Origin: Octopus sinensis
Lineage: Eukaryota
Direction: 5' to 3'
Length of the DNA: 64,000 nucleotides
Assembly: GCF_006345805.1 (NCBI RefSeq)
Contig: NC_043004.1
Coordinates: forward strand, 93,744,001-93,808,000
This document shows positions 12,615 through 25,859 of this stretch, in pieces; positions within the stretch are counted from its first letter, which is position 1; each line of letters starts with the position of its first letter. The translations under genes were made by a program, and so were the position numbers. Below the pieces are notes generated by a model that saw only the letters and a list, made by a program, of their open reading frames with translations, was not told where the DNA came from and did not search any database.

Positions 12615-13187
12615 TATAAGGGTATTTTTGTTTCTACTAATAATCTTATTTACTCTTTGGTGTTGTTCCCTTCTCCTTCACCAATCTTCTCGCCTACTCC
12701 AATTTACTGTATATATATATATATATATATATACCAATTAAGGACTGAACACGAAAAGTGGACAGTCAACATGCTAGATATAGACGTCCTTAATTGGTAT
12801 ATATAAATATTTTAATCTTCGGATTCTTTTCAATATGCTAGACCACTGGTTTTAATTGACTAATATCAATTTCTACCCTTGATTAATTTTATATATATAT
12901 ATATATATATACATATATATACGTGTGTGTGTGTGTGTGTGCTATTACATTGTATGTGTTTCCCAGGAAAGTCTTTACACAAATTACGTTTAGGGATGCC
13001 TATTCGTCTCTATTCATTTATATGAAAGACGGAAATAATCATCCGTGTTAAATCAAATTAATCACCCATTAAAAGATGTATCTGATTATGAAAAAATATA
13101 ACAATATCTATCGTACATACATTATATATGTTTCAATTTAAATATACAAAATGTTAATATGCATAAAAGATATATGTATACACACGT

Positions 13188-13189
13188 AG

Positions 13190-13228
<39 letters not shown>

Positions 13229-13232
13229 ATAT

Positions 13233-13263
<31 letters not shown>

Positions 13264-13270
13264 TAGAGGC

Positions 13271-13320
<50 letters not shown>

Positions 13321-13346
13321 GAATAGATAGATAGATAAATAGATAA

Positions 13347-13379
<33 letters not shown>

Positions 13380-13380
13380 C

Positions 13381-13420
<40 letters not shown>

Positions 13421-13425
13421 GAGTG
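13188..13425. repeat. Compound (TA)n-(GA)n-(GATA)n microsatellite
   Basis: Direct reading. Confidence 0.95.
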
Positions 13426-13609
13426 GGCGCGTGTGTACATATGAGAGAGGGAATATTATAATAGATTGTTTTGTATGGATGAATATATGTCAACAAACAC
13501 GAGAATACAGGAAGCATGTAAGGAAGAGATCCTTTAAAATAAATTCTACGTATATTAAGATTTTTAAGTGGAACAAGAAGACGGAACTAATAATACAGTT
13601 AATCATTTG

Positions 13610-13948
13610 GCAATCGGGGTACCATAACAGTTTTAGGGTACCGTTGCAGGTTTAGCGACAAGTACCAGTAGGCAATTAAGTAGCCAAACGGGGATGTTCA
13701 TTCGACCCCCAATTAGCCCCAAATAATTAATATAACTATAGGAATATTAAAAAAAGGAATTTGTGTTTTATATTAAGTCATATAAATGCAATCGGGGTAC
13801 CATAACAGTTTTAGGGTACCGTTGCAGGTTTAGCGGCAAGCAAGGCAATTAAGTAGCCAAACGGGGATGTTCATTCGACCCCCAATAATTAATATAACTA
13901 TAGGAATATTAAAAAAAGGAATTGTTTTATATTAGGTTATATATAAAT
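13610..13948. repeat. Tandem duplication, units about 178 and 161 bp
   Basis: GCAATCGGGGTACCATAACAGTTTTAGGGTACCGTTGCAGG starts at 13610 and again at 13788. Confidence 0.9.
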
Positions 13949-14474
13949 GTATATAAGGGATGCTGATCATCGTTTGAAATAAGGTTGGAGAAAAACAGGG
14001 AAGAAGACATACAATCGAGGTGGGTTAATTGTAAAAAAAAAAAAAACCCAAAAAGACACTCGCGATGGCGATATAAATAATGACATAGCTGAGGAAATTA
14101 AGAAACTTACTTATTTAGCATATGAGCAAAAGCTCTCTGTCCGGTCGAAGCCATGATTTTGACTTCTGTAAGATTAGGAAAAAAAAAAAATTAGAAGCTT
14201 TAAGTCGCTTCCTCCAAAAGTCTACTGCTTCTTTCTCTCGCTAAGGTTAGGCCTATGCATTCGGTAATTTTGATCCACCGTTATTCCGGAATAAGAATAG
14301 CGGTGTTATCATTCCGTCATATTCTACATCGATTTCATACATGTGTATGTGTGTGAGAGAGCGAGTGTGTGTGTGTGTGTGTGTCTGTCTGTCTATATGC
14401 GTGTCTGTGTGCGTGTGTATGTGTGCATGTACCTCTCTTTCTCTGTTTTACACACACACACGCACATATAGATA

Positions 14475-14507
<33 letters not shown>

Positions 14508-14759
14508 CACATTCTGCTTACGACTAGAAGAGAGATGAAATCAAAATGAAATTTCTACTCTCTAAAAATAAAATCAAAGTTTTATTTTTATTTACGCGCT
14601 CTGGTGAGACCGCTTAATGTAATCACGATAATGTTAGCATACGGTTATTAATATCAAAACTGGGTCCCAAACACATTCGCAATATTGCTGCTCTACCCTC
14701 TGGTTAATGCTATTATTCAAAAAGCCTCCGCCCCAAGATGATCCCAACAAGCGGCTTCC

Positions 14760-14761
14760 AG

Positions 14762-14801
<40 letters not shown>

Positions 14802-14834
14802 CCTACCTACCTACCTACCTACCTACCTAACTAC

Positions 14835-14878
<44 letters not shown>

Positions 14879-14905
14879 TTTACACGCACACACATACATA
14901 TACAT

Positions 14906-14983
<78 letters not shown>

Positions 14984-14985
14984 AA
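14760..14985. repeat. Compound (TATC)n-(TACC)n-(CA)n-(TA)n microsatellite
   Basis: Direct reading. Confidence 0.95.
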
Positions 14986-15805
14986 GGAAATACTACATCT
15001 AGCAATTGAGTCATCTGACCTCATCTGAGTATATTACTAGTATTTTAAGATGAAAAATCCGATCGACGAGCGCATACTACATCTGATAATGCACTCACAT
15101 CAACTCACACACTCACAAACACAAACATATACACAGGCACACAACAAACACATACACACACACTAGATAAATGCCTGCTGGATCTCAACCACACCATAAA
15201 GAATATAAGTATGGATTTAACGAACGCTGAGAATGTCTGGTTTCCTTTTATTTATTCCTTTTATTTTATTGATTATGTTATGTTCCACTCTATTCCATAT
15301 TCCTCTGCACTCGTTCGTTTATTAAACTACTTTCCTGGTTTAGTTATATGGTACGTTTGATATTGTTTTTTATTAATATTATTATTATTATTTATTATTT
15401 TTTTTGCAGTGTGATATCAGAGCCATGACGTCACAGATATCCCGTTACTGCACCAATTATACATACACACACACACGCACGCATGCACGTGCACGCACAC
15501 ACACATACGCACGCATACATACAAGTACGTGCTCACATTACATGCACCTCTCGCCTTTTCCTGCATTGTAGTACAGTTGTAGGAGAGAATGTAGTGTTTT
15601 TTTTAGTCTCCAGGTCAACCCTGATCCAGCTTGTCACTATCACAATAGATGTTCCTGGCGCTATCAACCCGTCTTTTATTCATACACAGTGCATATAGGA
15701 CTACATTATGCAATAAAGCCTTCCGTTTTTAAAACGGTAGGGAGTAATACGGGGGGCGATTTGGCTGTAATTTCTCGTTTGTATATCCGCTGTATATCTC
15801 ATATA

Positions 15806-16297
15806 TCTTCTTTATATATAAAAGTGAAGTTGTGTGTCTGTCTCCTACGATTTAGATTTCTAACTACTCCCACATTTTGCGGTGCAGTTTAACCAAAACC
15901 GGGTATCTTATAGTCGTGATTCATATCGAGCCCTTCTGGGTATTAGCGCGCGTCTACGATTTTTAAAAATAATTTACCATAATTTTTTTCCATTTTAATG
16001 CATTTTTATCGCTATTATATAAGGGAAGTAACTCTCTAAAAATATCTACGATGAGTCGACGATTTTTTAAAAAATTTACCATCATTTTTTTCCATTGTAA
16101 TGCATTTTTTCGCTATTATATAAGGGAAGTAACTCTCTAAAAATGTCTACGATGAGTCTACGATTTAAAAAAAAATTTACCATAATTTTTTTCCATTTTT
16201 GATGCATTTTTTTGCTATTTTTTGGCTATAACTCTCTAAAAATGCTTATATAGTTATTTCCCTTACAAACCCGAGCAACGCCGGGCGATACTGCTAG
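15806..16297 (+). mobile_element. Non-autonomous Helitron
   Basis: 5' A|TC start, 3' hairpin CCCGAGCAACGCCGGG then CTAG|T; internal subunit of about 90 bp present three times. Confidence 0.88.
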
Positions 16298-17380
16298 TAA
16301 TATATATAATGTTTAGCCAGAGCTCAGCGTTGATCCAGTAGCCCTATAGATCTATGATGAAAGATGTTTCCGCTGTGACAATCCCATCTTATCTTCCCTT
16401 TTTTTCAGCTAACATAATGCTGAACTATATTATTAAATGGAGTTCCTTTATTAAGGAAATATGCTATGATTTGGTGGGTATTTGACGTAGATACTCCCCT
16501 TATAGCTTAAAATAGATGCGACCCTGGTAGTAAAAGAGGGACCAACGAATGATAGAGACAGATGTTAAAGGAGGTGATACTGTAAAGCCCCTTTTACATT
16601 TGTACCGTTTAGAATAGGAAGTAACTTTTTGGTAAGAGTTGGTGCAGCAATAGAATTAAAGTAACCTTTCTAGTCATGGTAAAATTAATCCCATGATAGG
16701 TTTTTTTCATGATTAAGATATTACATAATATATACCATGAGACAAATGCTACAATGTTTTTACAATGTAAATACGACGGATATTTTAATAAGGTTGAATT
16801 CGAAATTTTAAATTTAAAAATATTTTTTTACAGTATTTGAAGTTTCAACTTCATTGTTCATGTAGTATCGGTTTACAATAAACATTTTAAAATTTTTTCA
16901 AGGAAGTTGAGAAGAATTTGGCAGATTACCATATTAAAGAATCATCAAATAGATTGAAATAGTATGTTTCCACAATCGAGCCAAAAAGTAGATCTTTAAG
17001 TGGATGTCCGATCTACTAAAAAGCAGCTGTCATATATCTCTAAATTCACACTTAACCAACTTAAATAAGGAAAGGACACAGATAATATAGTCCGAGATAT
17101 CCTTGAAAAAGAAAAACAAAACGGGAAGGCCACGGTTGAAATGTCGTTAATAATAAAGCCTGCTCTCAAAATTGAAAAATGACTAAAAGACTACGTCATG
17201 CAGTGCTTAGCTGCAAACCTAAAGCAATTGACTGACATATCCAACAATACTTTGGATATAAGTATATCAATTTCAACCTTACTTTAAGCACATTATTCTC
17301 TCCAGATAGTTTCCTACACAAAGACTATGCTGACCGTTTCCTCTAAGGCATATCCAGATCTTTTTTTTTTTATATATATA

Positions 17381-17777
17381 CTAGCAGTATCGCCCGGCGT
17401 TGCTCGGATTTGTAAGGGAAATAACTATATAAGCATTTTTAGAGAGTTATAGCCAAAAGTTAGCAAAAAATGCATTAAAAATGGAAAAAAAATAATGGTA
17501 AATTTTTTTCAAATCGTTGACTCATCGTAGACATTTTTAGAGAGTTACTTCCCTTATATAATAGCGAAAAAATATGCATTAAAATGGAAAAAATGATGGT
17601 AAATTATTTTTTAAATCGTAGACTCATCGTAGACGCGCGCTAATACCCAGAAGGGCTCGATATGAATCACGACTATAAGATACCCGGTTTTGGTTAAACT
17701 GCACCGCAAAATGTGGGAGTAGTTAGGAATCTAAATCGGAGTAGACAGACACACAACCTTTCTTTTATATATAAAGA
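17381..17777 (-). mobile_element. Non-autonomous Helitron, same family
   Basis: Reverse complement of 15806-16297 with fewer internal subunits; A|TC and CTAG|T ends intact. Confidence 0.88.
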
Positions 17778-18269
17778 TAACATCTAGCAAACTTTACCTC
17801 TCGTATTAAACAGAAAGTGTAAAATTTTTTATAATTGATTCTGTAAAATCGTTAAACCATTTATTTATTATCTAAGACCTAAAGTTCAGCAGTAAAATTT
17901 TAATTTAACGCCTATACATATTATATAAGATTTCAGTATCACTAAATAAACGATTAAAAACATTTAAATAATCCCATTCATTAGTAAAAAAAAAAAAAAT
18001 ATCGTGATAGTAAATTTCAGAATACAAATAAATATCTAAATGATCAACTGAGGAAAATATAAACAAGCTTATTGAAATCAGTGCTCAGATGGACTACAGT
18101 ATTTTGACAGCTTTCAAACTCACTGAATCATAGAAACTAAAGGGAGGTAAGCGATACGAAACAGTGGGGTCGAATAACACACGCGTGCGTATGTATGTAT
18201 GTATGTATGTATGTATGTATGTATGTATGTATGCATGTATGTATGTATGTATGCATGCATGCATGCATG

Positions 18270-18530
18270 CAGGTAGAAAGGGCTCCTTAGCCGTAGTCAA
18301 GGCAATCTATCTAGGGAGATAACCTTACAATAAATCACTGGGTCCGTAGCTTAGAAATACTGGGTTGACGTCCAGCGGGAACAGCTTTGTTTCATGGAGG
18401 AGGAAAGATCTTCTTTAGTACTTGGTTGTACAATGCTTTCCAATGTGTGTAGTAGTGGCGCGCGCACACATTATTAGCCATTTGAAAAGACTATGAAAGT
18501 CTCGACCACGGTCGAACAATGATGATGATG
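18270..18530 (+). mobile_element. Possible RTE-derived non-autonomous retroelement
   Basis: Ends in hairpin TCGAC-CACG-GTCGA plus AC and an (ATG)n tail, like the RTE 3' ends in this window; flanked by (TATG)n on both sides. No reliable coding match. Confidence 0.3.
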
Positions 18531-19983
18531 ATGTATGTATGAATGTATGTATGTATGTATGTATGTACGTATGTATGTATGTATGTATGCAGGTATGTAT
18601 ATATATGTATGTATGTATTATGTATGTATGTATGTATGCAGGTATGTATGTATGTATGCTGGTATGTATGTATGTATGTATGCATGTATGTATGCAGGTA
18701 TGTATGCATGTATGTATGTATGCAGGTATGCATGTATGTATGTATGTATGCAGGTATGTATGTATATATGTATGCATGTATATATGTATGTATGTATGTA
18801 TGCATGTATGTATGCATGTATGTATGTATGTATGTATGTTTGTATGCATGCATGTATGTATGTATGTATGCAGGTATGTATGTATGCAGGTATGTATGTA
18901 TGTATGCAGGTATGTATGCAGGTATGTATGCATGCATATATGTATGTATGCAGGTATGCATGTATGTATGTATGTATGCAGCTATGTATGTATGTATGCA
19001 GGTATGTATGTATGTATGTATGTATGTATGCATGTATGTATGTATGCAGGTATGTATGTATGTGTGTATGTATGTATGTATGCAGGTATGTATGTATATA
19101 TGTATGTATGTATATATGTATGTATGTATGTATGCAGGTATGTATGTATGTATGTATGTATGTATGTATGTATGCAGGTACGTACGTATGTATGTATGTA
19201 TGTATGTACATATGTATGTATGTATGTATATGTATGTATGTATGCAGGTATGTATGTATGTATATATGCATGTATGTATGTATGTATGCAGGTACGTATG
19301 TATGTATGCAGGTATGTATGTCTGTATGTATGCAGGTACGTATGTATGTATGTTTGCAGGTATGTATGCAGGTATGTATGTATGTATGCAGGTATGTATG
19401 TATGCATGTATGTATGTATGCAGGTATGTATGTATGTATATATGTATGTATATATGTATGTATGTATGTATGCAGGTATGTATGTATGCATGAATGTATG
19501 TATGTATGTATGCAGGTATGTATGTATGTATATATGTATGTATATATGTATGTATGTATGTATGCAGGTATGTATGTATGCATGTATGTATGTATGTATG
19601 TATGCAGGTATGTATGTATGTATATATGTATGTATATATGTATGTATGTATATATGTATGTATGTACGTATGTATGTATGTATGTATGTATGTATGTATG
19701 TATGTATGTATGTATGTATGCATGAATGTATGTATGTATGTATGTATGTATGTACGTATGTATGTATGTATGTATGTATGTATGTATGTATGTATGTATG
19801 CAGGTACGTACGTATGTATGTATGTATGTACATATGTATGTGTGTATGTAGGTATGTATGTATGTATGCATGTATGTCTGTATGTATGCAGGTACGTATG
19901 TATGTATGTTTGCAGGTATGTATGTATGTATGCAGGTATGTATGTATGTATGTATGTATGCAGGTATGTATGTATGCATGTAC

Positions 19984-20014
<31 letters not shown>

Positions 20015-20100
20015 TGTATGTATGTATGTATGTATGCATGTATATATGTATGTATGCAGGTATGTATGTATATATGTATGCAGGTATGTATGTATGTATG
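18531..20100. repeat. About 1.57-kb degenerate (TATG)n array with GCAG interruptions
   Basis: Direct reading; source of the spurious 200-530 aa ORFs. Confidence 0.97.
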
Positions 20101-20340
20101 GGATCTTTTTGTTTTGACCGGCAGATTTTAAAAATAAGTTATTTGTAACTAAACACTTTTAAACTTCGTATACTGGTAGAATGTGTCCAATAAAATATCT
20201 TTTTCTCTTGGCTTTCTTGAGAAAATTGTGTAGTTTGTAAGTTATTTCTTGTTTAATTTCTTGAATTTCGGCAGTTTCAACCAATCAATGACGTCTATTG
20301 AGGTAAATACAATTTCTGCATTGTTTTGTCAACGACAACA
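20101..20340 (-). mobile_element. Partial copy of the GGATCTTT-TIR MITE family
   Basis: Starts GGATCTTTTTGTTTTGACCGGCAG and matches the reverse of 20860-21070. Confidence 0.75.
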
Positions 20341-20640
20341 TTGTATGCATGCATGTATGTATTATGTATGTATGCAAGCATGCATGTGTGAATGCATGCA
20401 TTCATGTTTGTGTGCGTGCGTATATATGTGTGTGAATATGTATGTATTATGTATGTATGTATATATGTATATGTTTATATGCATATGTATATGTTTATAT
20501 GTACGTGTGTGAAAGAGAGAGAAAATTTGGCGATCTTTAATCAAAGTAACAACCATTTCTATGTTAACAATTTCTATTTTGTGAAGATGGTTCGCTCACT
20601 GGTTATGGTGCTGGACTCATGAATGTTAAGTAATGGCCTC

Positions 20641-21070
20641 GGATCTTTTCGGTTTGAACGGCAGTTTTTTCTAGCGATGTCATATGAAATTGTCACCCAT
20701 AATTATGACCCTAGTATCGATCTATTGCATTTCAATCTGTTTTAGGGTTAGTTAGGGTTAGGATTAGGGGTGGGAGGAAGGGTATCTTTTTTTTCTTCAC
20801 AAATGTAAATAAACCCAATCTGTTTCTTAAACGAGGAACATATTCATACGGCACGGAATGTATTTTTACCTCAATAGACGTCATTGATTGGTTGAAATTG
20901 CAAAAATTGAAGAAAAAAAACAACAAATATCTTACAAACTATAGAATTTTCTCAATAAAGCCAAGAGAAAAAGATGTTTTATAAACACATTCTACCAGTA
21001 TACGAAGTTTAAAAGTGTTTAGTTACGTGGAAATTATTTTAAAAAACTGCCGTTCGAACCGAAAAGATCC
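20641..21070 (+). mobile_element. MITE with about 30-bp TIRs, 8-bp TSD and internal TTAGGG tract (Merlin/MULE-like)
   Basis: TIRs GGATCTTTTCGGTTTGAACGGCAGTTTTTT / AAAAAACTGCCGTTCGAACCGAAAAGATCC; flanks ATGGCCTC (20633-20640) and ATGGCTTC (21071-21078). Superfamily is an inference from GG termini and TSD length. Confidence 0.85.
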
Positions 21071-21080
21071 ATGGCTTCAA

Positions 21081-21228
21081 GAAAAAAAGATACCCTTCTC
21101 CCCACCCCTAACCCTAACCCTAACTAACCCTAACCTTAAAAGAGATTGAAATGCAATAGATCGATACTAGAGTCATAATTATGGGTGACAATTTCATATG
21201 ACACAGCTAGAAAAAACTGCCGTTCAAC
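21081..21228 (-). mobile_element. Inverted partial copy of the same MITE, with (CCCTAA)n
   Basis: Reverse complement of about 20650-20795. Confidence 0.8.
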
Positions 21229-21854
21229 ATTGTATAACCCAGAGTTAAGCAAGATACTTCATTTCAGCTTAGTTGCAACGAGTATCAGCAATAACTAAGA
21301 GTTAGCCTTGCACTGGATTGACATTCTGTCCAGGAAAAATCTTGTACACTCATTATTTACAGACCACGGAAACCAGGATCAACTCCGACCTACTGGGCCA
21401 ATAAACTTGAGGCAGATTTTCATTTCCCTTTGTCCTGTGTATCTTCCTGGCTTCCATGATTCAAATATGAAACACATTCCCAAATATTTTTTTCAGCCGC
21501 TAAGATAACTTGAGACATATGAAAGGAAAGCTTTATATCACTCGGAATGTAGGAAATAAGGGCTAAAAAAAAGTCTGAAAACATGCATGGACGTTTAGGA
21601 CAAACTTATGAAAATGCTTAGGACAGGCTTATGGTTAACTTCTATTTTATATCTATTTAATTGATTGATTCTTTTCACATTATATATTTTTGTTGCTGAC
21701 TGATATCACAGAGGCTGATCACTAGTTCTTTAAAATATTAAAGGTAGGGAGAATACTAGGGAATGGTTATATAAATCAGGCTAAACAAATACACAAGGGG
21801 CTTTTATTTGGAAGCACCAGCTTATCATTTTTTTTTTCTCTAGCTGTTTCTCTT

Positions 21855-22078
21855 TTACTCTTTAACTTGTTTCAGTCAATTTACTGTGGCCATGTTGGAG
21901 CACCGCCTTTAGTTGAGCAAATCGACCCCAGGACTTATTCTTTGTAAGCCTAGTACTTATTCTATCAGTGTATTTTGCCAAACTGCTAAGTTACAGGGAC
22001 ATAAACACACCAGCATCGGTTGTCAAGTGATGTTGGTGAGGGGGGAGGACAGACACACAAACATACACACACACACAT

Positions 22079-22111
<33 letters not shown>

Positions 22112-22282
22112 CATATATATGACAGGCTTCTTTCAGTTTCCGTCTACCAAATCCACTCACAAAGCTTTGGTCGGCCAAAGGCTATAGTAGAAGACACTTG
22201 CTCAAAGTGCCACAAAGTGGGACTGAACCCAGAACCATGTGGTTCGTAAGCAAGCTACTTACCACGCAGCCACTCTTACACC
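21855..22282 (-). mobile_element. SINE family A
   Basis: Reverse-complement match to the consensus. Confidence 0.88.
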
Positions 22283-22808
22283 TATGTAGGCTGTTGTTAG
22301 CATTTTTCAGCAAACAATGCATACACACCCACCCAAAACACACAGACACTATTAAGATCATAAATTTACCATGGTTTCTACGGTTGGATGCTTATCCTAA
22401 TGCCAACCATTTTACAGAGTATACTGGGGGCTTTCTTTTTTCATAGCACCAGCACTAGTGAGGTCACCTTTTAGCTTGCATGACTAAGATTCCTTTCAAC
22501 TGGGTGGGGCTACTGTAGTGAGGGAGGCAGCTTTATGCAAAGTAAAAGTGTAGCATGGTCAGTAAGAAAGCTTGTTTTATGTGTATGAACATATTCATTG
22601 CTACATTAATACAGAAAGCATTCATGTAGCACACAAAAAGGATTATTTAGATGAAATGACAAACATTACTACAGGCTGAGGAAATCTTCATCAGAGATTC
22701 AACATTCGAGCTAATTTTTTACACACCAATATATATTCTTGCTGCTGTGTTACAGTAGTGTGTTTCTTCATCTATCATGCCAGGTTGAATATGTAGCTGT
22801 GAAAACAG

Positions 22809-23002
22809 CTAAGTGGTGAGAGTGACATTTACTGAGAAAGTTTTGTGTTCAAATAAGTTGTATTTGTATGCTCTGTTCACAGAAGCTCTCAGTCTTGCTG
22901 CTAGACTATCATGTATACAAAAGTTGTTGATTGGACTGAAATGAGGGCTGTGCACAAGACCAGCTTGTATTACTGTGTGGCAAAACTTGGGGTCAAAATC
23001 AC
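22809..23002 (-). other. Candidate terminal exon (open frame portion) of an unidentified minus-strand transcript
   Basis: Acceptor ACTTTTTATAACAG|G at 23003; 63 open codons (DFDPKFCHTV...VTLTT*) in the phase that continues the 24412-24478 exon. No recognisable homology. Confidence 0.35.
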
Positions 23003-23244
23003 CTGTTATAAAAAGTTTCTAAATGATTAAAATTAATTTGAACTCAGATAGAAGAGTTCATAATTTAACCAGGTCAAATAATCACAAATTTATTTAGTTA
23101 AAATTTTAATGAATTTGCACTAATCTACAACTCCAATTGTTATGATAACCTCACAATTATATTGTTTTTTTAGAATAAAGTAAAATGTTATTGAGTTTCA
23201 CTTTATTTCAATCATTTCAACTAACACTAGACTAATATTCAACA

Positions 23245-23640
23245 AGGTACAGGAATAGCTATATGGTAAGAAGCTTGCTTTCCAAACACTTGGCTTTGGG
23301 TTTAGTTCTATTGTGTGGTACCTTGGGCAAGTGTTTTCTACTATAACCTTGGGCTGATCAAAGTCTTGTGAGCAGATTTGGTGGACAGAAACTGAAAAAA
23401 GTCCATCATATGTGTGTGTGTGTATCTATGTGCATGAGTCTTTGTGTCTGTGTCTGTCCCCCACCAGTGCTTGAGAACCAGTGTTGGTTTGGTTATGACC
23501 ACGTAACTTAGCAGTTCAGCAAAGAGACCAATAGCAAAAGTACCAGGCTTAAAAAAAAACACTTTTTGACTAAAACTTCTTCAAGGTAGTGCCCCAGCAT
23601 TACCACAGTTTAGTGACTGAAACAAGTAAAAAACAGAAGA
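23245..23640 (+). mobile_element. SINE-A-related, old subfamily
   Basis: GGTAAGAAGCTTGCTTTCC head, CCTTGGGCAAGTG core, GACTGAAACAAGTAAAA tail. Confidence 0.75.
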
Positions 23641-23844
23641 TAAATATAAAATTCTGTTGCCATGGACTAGTTTAATAACCCAAATGAAACAATTGCCATG
23701 GACTAATTATTCGAAACAATATTAATTTCATATTTGTTGTGATTCCTTATATCTTTTATCTTTTATTTGTTTTTATCATTAACTGTGGCCATGCTGGAAC
23801 ATCTCCTTGAAGAAGTTTTAGTTGAACAACTCACCTCCAGTATT

Positions 23845-24062
23845 TATGAGGGAGTACTTAAAAGTTCCAGGCTTTAAGGGTGTCACAAAAGGCTTGGTTG
23901 GAGGCACAACCGTCTGAGTTCTTTTACAGGGCTTAGAAAAACTGAAGGGCCACTACAGTGTGTGAATCTGAGAGGGGAAATATGTTGGATAAAATCATAA
24001 TTAACTGATCTTCCTGTATTTTCTTTTATCCAAAGCCCAGAACTTTTCAGCCCCACTTTATA
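23845..24062 (+). mobile_element. mariner-derived MITE
   Basis: Imperfect TIRs TATGAGGGAGTACTTAAAAGTTCCAGGCTTT / AAAGCCCAGAACTTTTCAGCCCCACTTTATA; internal remnant resembles a mariner C-terminus (QGLEKL...LRGEYVG*). Confidence 0.65.
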
Positions 24063-24411
24063 GTAGTAGAAAGAACATTAAGTAGGTCAGGATGCATTCA
24101 CACCATGGACCACTCATGTGGTAAGAAGCTTGCTTCCCAACCACATGGCTCCAGGTTCAGTCCTACTGTGTGTCACCTTGGGTTTGTATCTTCTACTATA
24201 GCCTCAGGCCAACCAAAGTCATTATTCTCTGTGTTTTCTCCTCAGAACATCAGCCTTCTGGAATCTTTCTTGCAGGTGTTGACTTGCAAAAGTTTAGATG
24301 AAACATTAACAGCTTCAAACTCATTGGCTTCAAACGACCCACAAAATTCATGACTTAACAAGCAATAGAAAAGAATAAGGTATTTTTGTATTACCCAAGT
24401 TATGTACTCAC

Positions 24412-24478
24412 GATATAGTAGTGCTTGTATAAAAATCATACCTTGTCCTTCATCTAGTTCATTCCCGAATTTCTTTTA
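24412..24478 (-). other. Candidate internal exon (67 nt)
   Basis: Acceptor CTTTTTCAAATTCAG| and donor |GTGAGTAC; contains ATG at 24439 (MIFIQALLY, phase 1) and short upstream ORFs. Confidence 0.4.
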
Positions 24479-25014
24479 CTGAATTTGAAAAAGCAAACCC
24501 TCAGATGTACTATATGTAGTAACCAGCATCTAGAACTGAATTATATCACATGTATTCATGTTATTTGAGGATTGAATGCCGTCTTAGAGCCACATTTGGA
24601 CTGCGTAGGTCTAGTGGATAGAAGAGGGGGTGGAAAAAAATGCTCAAACATTTCCAAACTGTCTGACAGGTACTGACTGGGTTTCCCTGATGTGCCAATG
24701 TGGACGTGGATGAATTGCATTAGGTCATCCTGGTTGCATCTAGACACAGTATTCTGTAGGTCAGTGGATAAAGGTAGTATAAGTTGCCCACTTGTCAAAA
24801 TCATTCACAGACCACAAATTTGTGATCTGTATGGTCAACATAGATAGACTTAGAAGGCAGGGACCTGGTTACTGAAATATGAATGCATCACTCCTGGTGT
24901 GCCAAGCTTACAGAGACCAGATTAGAGAATTAGCTAATGATGATTTATATTTCACATTTAATTTATGACTAATCTATTTATAAATGGAAATAACTGTATG
25001 AATATTTAGCAATA

Positions 25015-25458
25015 TATTTGTTTCTTTATTGCTCACAGGGGGCTAAACATAGAGGGGACAAACAAGGACAGACAAAGGGATTAAGTCTATTACATCGACC
25101 CCAGTGAGTAACTGGTACTTGTTTAATCGAACCTGAAAGGATGAAAAGCAAAGTCACCTCAGCAGAATTTGAACTCAGAATGTAAAGACAGACAAAATAC
25201 CGATAAGCATTTTGCCCAGCGTGCTAACATTTCTTATTTCTTTACTACCCACAAGGGGCTACACATAGAGGGGACAAACAAGGACAGACAAACGGATTAA
25301 GTCGATTATATCGACCCCAGTACATAACTGGTACTTATTTAATCGACCCTGAAAGGATGAAAGGCAAAGTTAACCTCGGCGGAATTTGAACTCAGAACGT
25401 AAAGACAGACGAAATACTGCTATGCATTTCGCCCGGTGTGCTAACATTTCTGCCAGCT
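25015..25458 (-). mobile_element. Two tandem SINE family B copies
   Basis: GAGGGGACAAACAAGGACAGAC...CTGGTACTT...GAAAGGATGAAA...GAATTTGAACTCAGAA occurs twice. Confidence 0.85.
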
Positions 25459-25859
25459 TATCTGTATATTTGTAGTCTCACTTATCATGCACATATCACA
25501 ATCTGTACTCATCCACCATAGGTTCATTCATTTATACATTTCAGATCTTTTTTTGTATGCTGGAATAGGTTAGATGAGTACATAACATTGAGGTATTGTT
25601 CTTATTGTTGGATGCCTTTTCTATTCCTAACATTTAGCTTATTCTTCAAGTAAAGGAGGTTTTGTTCCACTTATCTTTGAAAATGCAGAGCAGCCAGACA
25701 ATTTGTTGATGAAAAAATGATTGCAGATAACACTATCAGTAAATTAGTGATTTATTTTTTCATGTGAACACAGAATATAAACATCCACTCACTCAAACAC
25801 ACATATACATAAGTTTTTTGCTGTCTACCATGTACTCACACATGCACACAGACACATAT

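Noticed and set aside
18415-20148. Overlapping ORFs of 200-530 aa (MYVC.../HTYI...)
   Set aside because: Translations of the (TATG)n array, which lacks stop codons in several frames.
20745-20770. TTAGGG tracts as evidence of a chromosome end or fusion site
   Set aside because: Short, degenerate and located at a fixed position inside a multi-copy MITE.
24556-24804. 82-aa ORF in unique sequence next to the candidate exon
   Set aside because: No recognisable motif and no convincing donor linking it to 24412-24478; may be intronic or UTR.
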